Assembly (NCBI GenBank): GCA_002633005.1
Contig: NMRA01001083.1
Span: 1 to 58,666 of the forward strand
From: Phoronis australis
Taxonomy: Eukaryota; Animalia; Phoronida
Direction: 5' to 3'
DNA: 58,666 nucleotides
Numbering within the stretch: position 1 is the first letter of the stretch; the number at the start of each line of letters is the position of its first letter. Position numbers and translations under genes: made by a program. The notes under the pieces were generated by a model that worked only from the letters and a program-made list of their open reading frames with translations, made no database searches and was not told the DNA's origin. Of the stretch, positions 50,481 to 58,666 are shown in pieces.

Positions 50481-52916
50481 TTATTATTTGGCGGAATTCT
50501 GGGAATTCCGACAAGTATGTTGGTCTGACATAAAGTTTTTTTGTTTGTTCGCTCTCTACTGGTCGCAATTTTCGTCAGATTCACACGAAATTTGCACACA
50601 ACGTGTAGATCAGAAAGTCCTGGAAGCCTATTCTTTTTGGTCATGATAGGATTCAAAAAGGCGGACATGGTGGCCATTTTGTTTCCGGTTTCAGATTTAA
50701 ATGCTCATAGAGGCCGCATTTTTTGACGTACATTGGCTGAAAGTTGGTACGGTTATTCTAGAACACATGTACTACAACTGTGCCGAAAAATGTTGACTTC
50801 CGGTCAAAGATGGCGGAAATAGTGACAATGGCGCATGCGCACCTCAAAATCTGGCCGAAAACGTTTTCTCCTGTAGAGGGGGCATTGGTGAACCAATCAT
50901 TTTCAAACTGGTCACGTGTTTGTTGCTATTGATCAGCTTTTATAACCGGAAGTCACTTTCAAGATGACGGCTCTGACACATTTTCACTCATTTTCAATCG
51001 TTCTGCGGTCGCATTTTTAACGGGAAGAGCAAATGTCTTCAATTTTTGCATGTGTATTCTTTGAAGTATGCTCTTTCAAAATTTCTGCGATAACGCTTTT
51101 CTCAGACTTACCGTTTTCGAGTTATTTGACATTGAATTTCAAAAAAATGCAAAATTTCATTTTTTTCGAAAAATTTATGGAATGTTGCAAAACTATCAAT
51201 TTAGATAGAGTTTTGGACGGGCTATCAGAGGATATTTTCCATTTTTCGCTATGACGTCTACTTTTTGAATTATTCGAGATTTTCTGATAGCCCTGTTCCT
51301 TTATTGACAGCTCTTGCTGCACTGATATTGGTTTAGCTTCTGTTGAACAAGACCATGAAGACATTGCTCATAGAGGCCGCATTTTTCGACGTGCAGGGCT
51401 GAAAATTGGTATGATTATTATAGCACACAAGCACTACAACTGCGCTGTAAATCTTTAACTTCCAGTCTTGGTGGCGGAAATATCAGCAATGGCGCACGCG
51501 CACCTCGATAACTGGCCGAAAATGTTTTCTCCTGTAGAGGGCGCATTGGCGAACCAATCATTTTCAAACTGGTCACGTGTTTCTTGCTTTTGATCAGCTT
51601 TAATAAAATTTTGTTAAACCGCAAGTCACTTTCGAGATGACGGCTCTGGCGAATTTTCACCCATTTTCGATCGCTCTGCAGTCGCATTTTGAACGGGAAG
51701 AGCAAATGACGTAAATTTTTGCATTGGATTCCTTGAGGTATGCTCTTTCAAAAGTTCATGATAACGTTTTTGTCAGACTTACTGCTTTCGAGTTATTTGA
51801 CTTGGAATTTCAAAAAACGCAAAATTTCAATTTTTCCAAAAATTCATGGAATGTTGCAAAACTGCCAGGTTATATAGTTTTGAAAGGACTTTCAGAAGAT
51901 ATTTTTAATTTGTCACTAGGACGTCTACTTTTTGAATGATTCGAGAGTTTCTGAAAACGCTGTTCAGTGGTTGACCAATTTTGCTGTTCGCCAAGTGTCC
52001 CTCAAGACTGTAGCCTATTTACTGATTTCTCACAACTTCTCTAGTCACATGAGTGTTATAGTGTTGCTCATAATCGCCACCTTCATCATCACAATCATCA
52101 TCATCGTTAATTTTGCCTAGTGTCGCTCATGATTGTAGGTAGCACTGAACAGTCAGGTCGCGGCCACGGGCATTTTCTATTGCCTACAATTCATCTACAG
52201 GGCATGCCAGGTTTGGCTCATTGTTCGAGGAATTTGTTGAAAACAGATGCCAGGAAACTGATTTACTTGTGTTTTTGAATGAGAAAAGCCACGTTTTTAC
52301 CTACTTTTGATGCAAATCGGTGGCTGCCATTTGCTATCAACCACTGTAGTCTGCCGTCCGAGAAACGCCGTGCGTGAACAAGACTGCAGGCTATTTCTTA
52401 GTGCTTTCTTTTCTACTCACATGAATGTTATCGTGCTGTTCATAATCACCACTTTCATCATCATGATCGTCGTCGTCCTCCCCATCGTCTTTAAGATTAA
52501 TTTTGCCAAGTGTCGCTCCTCCGAGCGCTCTTGCACTGTTGTCACTTTACCGACTATTGAACAAGGCTGCAGCCTATTTCTGACTAATTTCTTCGCTAGT
52601 CACATGAACGTTATCGTGTTGTTCATAATTGCCGCCTTTATCGCCATGATCGTCATCGTCCTCCCCATTGTTGTCTTTTCGATTAATTTCGCAAAGTGTC
52701 GCTCCTTCGAGCACTCTCGCACTGTTGTCACTAAATTATCGGCTATTGAACAAGACTGCAGCCTATTTCGTACTGATTTCTTAGCTAGTCACATGAATGT
52801 TATCGTGTTGTTCATAATTGCCGCCTTCATAGTCATGATCGTCGTCGTCCTCCTCCCCATCGCCGTCTTTTCGATTAATTTCGCCAAGTGTCGCTCCAGT
52901 CCGAGTGCTCTCGTTT
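50481..52916 (-). mobile_element. Helentron-associated non-autonomous element, family B, with internal tandem repeats
   Basis: Hairpin TTGGCGGAATTC..GAATTCCGACAA at 50488-50514; subterminal IR AATTTCGCCAA at 52877; terminus AAACGAGAGCACTCGG on minus strand; 663-bp tandem duplication (50703/51366) and ~185-bp repeats (52376-52897). Confidence 0.65.
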
Positions 52917-52919
52917 CAG

Positions 52920-52962
52920 ATTTCATCAACCTTATTGGTCATCATTATCACACCATCTGGGG
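52920..52962 (+). CDS. Cys-rich gene B, putative signal-peptide exon
   Basis: TTTCAG acceptor and G|GTAAGT donor; ISSTLLVIIITPSG, phase 0-1 and similar size to gene A exon 36789-36834. Confidence 0.5.
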
Positions 52963-53744
52963 GTAAGTATGTAAAACTTTGTAAAAACCAGTGAAAATGT
53001 TTTAGATTTCTTAAAAAGTGACATTTGAAAGAACATATTTATCCAGTAACAGATCAGAAAAAACAAAAAGGTCTGTTCCGTTTGCATAAACGTTGTTCGC
53101 TGGATAGCAACAATCTCATTTACTATACCATGTCACGTTGCTATTGTTCAACAACGCTTTTGACGTCACGCAATAATGAAATGTATCCAATTACGGAGCT
53201 TTTAGTTTCATGTAACTCAGCTTTGATTTTTACATCAAGTAACATAACCCAACGTATCTCACAATCCTTGTGAAGGTTATGCACAACATTACTGATAGGT
53301 CTGTGTATTTAACCAAATATCTATGAGACTATACATTTTAACTCGGTAAAAGTATATATTTTCTGATGGTAGAAAGTCTACAGAATTTGACTTTTAACTT
53401 TTTACCAATCTGGCATTGATTAGGTCACATGATCATGTCTTCTTAGTTAAATTTAGCAAAAATCTAAGGTACGTTGATAGCAAAACAACGCTGATCAAAC
53501 TTTATGATGCAAATGTCCAAGGCGAGTTTTGTAATATATCATTTCGCTTTTGCCTTGTTCACAAGATATCGTGTTTCAAAGTTATCCAAATTTGTCCATT
53601 TCGCTAGGGTGCTGCATTAAACATTTAAGTGGAACTTGAACATTAATTCCTTATCTATGTGATTGCTTGGTCAAATTAGTTAGAAACACAACTTATGGCC
53701 ACAATGTGAATATGAGGTAGGTTGAAACCGCAAAATGTGTTTAA

Positions 53745-54232
53745 AGGCCCTTTCATATTGACTTAACTCCGGTCAGAACACAACGTAAACAGCGCAGTTA
53801 ACTGGATCGTTTATACTGGCTTCGGTAGTTAATGAACATCGAAGTAAGCGGTTGGTGCCGCTGTCGTCCTTGAAGTTAACCCAAGGTGGCGTTGCACACT
53901 AAGATTTTTTTCAATGTTTCAATTTGGAAACATTTACATGTGCTAAGTGACATTAAACTTATTTTTAAATTGATTGGTTATTATTAGAGCAACATATAAG
54001 CAGCTATTAGTGACAGCACTACCTTGTAACTGTTGACGATAACAAAGGCACCTGGCGGTAACTTCGATTCGACCGAAGTTAAGCGTTCGTACTGCACCGC
54101 AGCGTCAACGCTGCGCTATTAAATCCACCTGTTAACTGCGATGTTAACTGCGATCCAGGTCTGGAGTTAAGCGTTCATACTGACCGCAACTCCCCAAACC
54201 ATCAACACGCCGACGTTAGTATGAAAGGCCCT
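53745..54232. mobile_element. MITE, PIF/Harbinger-like
   Basis: TIRs AGGCCCTTTCATATTGAC / GTTAGTATGAAAGGCCCT with T/A trinucleotide flanks. Confidence 0.65.
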
Positions 54233-54785
54233 TATGATGGAGTTTGTGGCGAAAATGATCTACCGCAAACCATTGAACTGTATCCAGTAAGAATTGTGAC
54301 GCGGTGCTAGGAATGACACTGCATGGTGCAGGCTACCAGAGTCTGCAAAGTACATCATTACTGCTAAGGTGACCAGAACGTTTTGTTTTCACATTTACAA
54401 GTTGTCAATGAATGCAACTGCACGATGTTTAGCATAGATTATGTTAAAATAGCGTAGCTGTTTAGTACCTGGTATACATTGGCAATGAGCATTCTTTAAA
54501 AGCAAAAGTTGTTGATCATGTGAAACTGAGAGTGCTTCTTGAAGAAAGATGTTTACATGATCAAAGCTAACTGAAACTGACACTGAAACTATCATCTCCG
54601 TTATCACAAAAATATGTACACACCTTGTAAAGCCGGGTAAAAAATACACATGCTTATCATTTTGGCTCAACTTGAAATCGGCCTAAGGGGCCCCTTTCGA
54701 TCATTTGTCATTGCAGGAAGTCTTGTCACAGACCCTTCAGATGAAGTTTGACAAATTACCACACTCAGTCCACACATTAAGACCC

Positions 54786-55177
54786 AGCCTCATCCCCCAA
54801 GCTTCAAGATGGCGCTGACAGGTTTAGCCACTTGAGACTTGGTTATGGGAAACAAAATGTGTCAGAATTCTGACACATTTTTACAGAAATCACCAAATAT
54901 CACCAGTACTATAATTTTGAAATTTTCTGAAGTTTTATATAAAATGAAAACTAACGGTATATTGCAGCAATTTAGGTTTAAATTATTGCAATAATGATGC
55001 ATTTTGATTCGAAAACAGATTAATTAGTACACTATTAATAAAAAAAGAATTGAAAATAATTAAAATCTACCTTTGTTCTAATGACGTCAAGACAGCGGCC
55101 AATCATTGAGCAGAAGCCCAACCAAGCCTCAAATGCCTATACCGATAAGCGCCATTTTGAGGCTTGGGGATGAGGCA
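54786..55177. mobile_element. MITE with ~30-bp TIRs
   Basis: GCCTCATCCCCCAAGCTTCAAGATGGCGCT / AGCGCCATTTTGAGGCTTGGGGATGAGGC. Confidence 0.75.
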
Positions 55178-56798
55178 GCACAAAGGCCATCATATACAAA
55201 AATTCGGATGCACAGAATTGACAAACTGTGCATTCTAATGTAGAAACTAAATAACTTGGAGCCGTTGTTGCTGTGGCATTCAAATTACTGACATCACAAT
55301 TCCTACAACATAAGTGGCTTCTGAATGCAATTACATTATTGTTACTTGAATGCATATTACCAAGTCAAAAGTCATCCATCGAATTTCATTTATTTTTCAA
55401 AAGCATCCGTCTTTCAACACCACTTTAAGAATGCTGTTTAATAAAGATTGTTCAAAAGTTTCAGGCAGGCATGGTGGGGTCATGGAGGGGTCATTTCAAT
55501 GACATGTTTTTCCTATATAGCTATAGTGTAGGAAAATGGGAGTCAAGCTCACAATGTCACAGAGCAATGCCTGGAATGTAATGATTGGCAAACAATGCTA
55601 CAAACAAACAACAGAGAAATCACAATAGAGTAAGCTCAAAGCCGACATCTCGCACTTTCAATAAGTAATTCTGCATTATACTGACATTTTATTTTTACCA
55701 GGACCAATATAGTAATGTCATCTCATTTTGTATACACCGGCGAGTCAAAAGTTAAATGATTCACTAATATTATGTTATATAAGGAAATGGTATAAGACTT
55801 GAATCCTTATTTGATGAAATGAAGTTTTGCTAACTACATGTCGTGAAACATTCTTACTTGCTTATTTGTTTGTTTCTACGCATTTCCAATTCAATTATGA
55901 TAGCATTCAATTTGAAGTCTATTGTTTTTGGTGAAAATCGAACTCAAGATAGCACTATGACAGCTGCTTTTCCATTTTGTTTAATCGGAGTCATAGCTTC
56001 GCCAACCTTTGAAAAACTCTTCAGAAATTCAGTCTGTCGATAGATCATGCCAAGAGCTATGAGAAATCTGCCATCTGTTTCACCATTACCTTTTACAGTT
56101 CTCAAGTTCATTGAGATATTCTGAGCCCGGGGTCTAACCTTTGACCTCAAAATTCAACAATCAATTAACTGAATGACATGCATCAACTTCACTAATTTGT
56201 TTTGACTTGGGTCCCAGTAACTCAAATGACTTCTGATTTATATACCATACACAGTACATGCCTAAGCTTGTCAGTTTCACCATCTTCATCATCAACACCA
56301 CCACCAATGCTATCATCACCACCACCACCATCATTATCAAAATCATCATTGAACGTTTCGCTCGACATCCACAGTAGTGGCTTGCTCATTCAGCCAATGT
56401 TGTACCAGACATATGTCTATCAAAATCAGAAGCTTCCACTGTCCAAAGTAGGAGAGCTGAATACAGCAAAACAGCGTTATGACTAATGTAGTCTACGTTG
56501 ACATTGCTGTTGGTTTGCAGTTGATGTTGAGTGTTGTACATATCATCGTTAGCAGAGGCCTCTCCATCATTATCATCATGTTCTTGCCAGCGACTTCGTA
56601 GTCACTGGCAGAGTTGCCATGCAAATGTCATTGGTTTGCTTGTGGCAAGGGCAGCCATTGTTGTTTGCAGCGTAAGTGTCCAATGATTTGAAATTGATGG
56701 ATAGTAAACTGTGTCCAATGTACCTGACTGCTGTTCCCTTCCTGAACTTGATATTTGACCTAGTGCATTGCTTGTCTATTTCCCATTTACAACACTAG

Positions 56799-56951
56799 AT
56801 GCGATGGAATACTGCAAAACGAATGCCGACTGCAAAAAGCTAGGTGAACTTCAATGTATCAAGAGTGCATGTGAGTGGGGCTTCTGTGGCTGTGAACGAG
56901 GCAAAGTATCACGCTACCTGGGCTCAGAGAAACTCTTTCAGTGTGTTAAAT
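56799..56951 (+). CDS. Cys-rich EB/EGF-like module protein, gene B exon
   Basis: AMEYCKTNADCKKLGELQCIKSACEWGFCGCERGKVSRYLGSEKLFQCVK; CTAG/GTAAGT; paralog of 38015-38170. Confidence 0.85.
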
Positions 56952-57295
56952 GTAAGTATAGAATAGAGTATCTCAAGGCAATCTTTGTTTCTTATAATAA
57001 TAGATTTTAAGTCTTCAATGTGTGAATGAAGATAACAACTTTGTACTGAATTTCAAAATAATATGGTATCAACTGACACTTAAGAGTAGCGAAATGAACA
57101 TGAATTTGAAAAAGAGGTTTCAAGGTCTCAGGAGGAGGACGATGTGAAATTCGTAGAGCCAAAATGGCACCCAACATCTGAGCATGCTACACGAATCAAA
57201 CTCTTTTGAGTAATGCTGGACTGTATCACTAGTATCATGATGAATTCTTTGATAAAAGATTAATGTTTTAATAATATGTCTTCCCTTTCTGTCAG

Positions 57296-57637
57296 TGAAG
57301 AAGATTGAAGAGTCCTGTTCTAATCACTCAAACACCGGTGTGTGTGGTCCATACAATAGCATATGCAGTGAGAGTGGTGTGTGTAGATGCAGAGATGGCT
57401 ACATCAACCGTTTCGGTGGTGAAATGTGCGCGAAGAAGGATGACGTGTTCTCTGCGGAGACCCACGCAGGCTACCAGACAGACTGCGAGGGGCCATCAAC
57501 AACCTCAACAAGCTTAAGCTTTTTGCAGCAGATGCCTATCACATGCAATTGCCCACAAGGCTACAAAACAGAACTTTGGAACATGTACTCAATGCGCAAC
57601 CCATTTCAGGGGAAGAAAACTCCTGCATGCATGCGAA
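57296..57637 (+). CDS. Cys-rich gene B exon (gene continues beyond window)
   Basis: KKIEESCSNHSNTGVCGPYNSIC...CRCRDGYINRFGGEMC...PITCNCPQG...FQGKKTPACMR; paralog of 38972-39319. Confidence 0.85.
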
Positions 57638-57691
57638 GTAGGTTGATTATCAAAACCGACAGGCAGCAATAAATAATGTTGATATTTACCT

Positions 57692-58666
57692 AAACAAGAG
57701 CAACGCAGAGCGTTGAAATGCGCCCACAATTGCACCGCATACGGTATCCTTCTAGGGTTGTTTATTGGTACCATAAAGTGGCCAGTAGAGGGCATATATG
57801 TAGTATGTTGTACTTTGCGAAATGGAAAGGCATGGTCCTTGTCTCCTCAATAGGCTAGGGGCAAAATGTGAGTAATCTTCATAATACAAGCACATCCTAT
57901 ACACCAGTTGCTTAAAGCACCACAGAAACATAGAATTAAAAACAAATTTACCAACATAAGAGATTAGCACAGCATTAGAATGCCAGAAACAAATTTCTAC
58001 TTGGAACTTTTCCTTCATAGTCACGAAGTAACACAAAGTACACACCTGAAGAAAATACAAAGGTCAATGTAAAATACTAAAATTGCCACTAGAGGCAAAT
58101 ACTACAATTGCCACTAGAGGAATACCGGTAGTCAGAAGGCATACCGGTAGTCAGAATCATCCTAAAGTCGTCATCGTCCGTTGTCAACATCACATAAATA
58201 CACTTGCTAAATTAAGTAAAGATCTTGCAAACGGTTTGGGAGATACAGCCATGGGCGCACAAAAAAACTGCCACTAGGGGGCGCCACAGTAATCAAAGTC
58301 ATGGGAAATTCAGCGTCAACCGTCCTCTCCATAGTAAGAACATACATGCCAATTTTCACAATCATACTTAGAGCTGTTTGGTTGATAGAGGGATGGACGC
58401 CAAAAAACAGACTCAAAAACAGTAAAAATGGCCACTGGGTGTCGCAAACTAGGACAAATCCATCCGAAAACGGAAGGATAGCGTCATCACACTAGTAGGT
58501 GCCTACATACCAAATTTCATGAAAATCCGTTAAGGACTTGTGAAGATACAGAGGTAAACGTAAAAAAATAAAATTGCCACTAGGGGGCACACTGGTAGGC
58601 GGATCCGTCCAAAAAAAGTCATCGTCTGTTGTTAACATCATATAAATACACTTATTAAATTTCGTA
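57692..58666 (+). mobile_element. Helentron-associated non-autonomous element, family A (runs off window)
   Basis: 5' 230 bp nearly identical to 46508-46734; core repeats follow. Confidence 0.85.

Noticed and set aside
56202-56486. Ser/Pro-rich ORF
   Set aside because: Derives from CAT/CAC low-complexity repeats within an intron.

Overview
Eukaryotic, AT-rich, repeat-dense genomic scaffold with three N gaps, probably from a marine invertebrate (mollusc-like by inference from its pearl/DINE-1-type repeats). Left part (~8.5-24.4 kb) is a nest of decayed mobile elements. It holds a herpes-tegument-like (peptidase C76) deubiquitinase pseudogene split by a Gypsy LTR+PBS+gag fragment, an intron-containing OB-fold gene, and a tandem array of four ~0.8 kb units each carrying a PC4/Sub1-like ssDNA-binding ORF. 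The array is interrupted by a near-full-length L1/Tx1 LINE and a second gag fragment, and is followed by an intron-containing hAT transposase relic and a Kolobok-like THAP + P2X7-ballast-like relic. Right part contains the last five coding exons of TCF25 on the minus strand (34946->27043). In what appears to be a >23 kb TCF25 intron lie two paralogous plus-strand multi-exon genes for secreted, Cys-rich EB/EGF-like module proteins; the complete one ends in a GPI-type tail. Introns carry Helentron-associated non-autonomous elements, an internally deleted piggyBac, several MITEs and short tandem repeats. No rRNA, tRNA or CRISPR features were seen.
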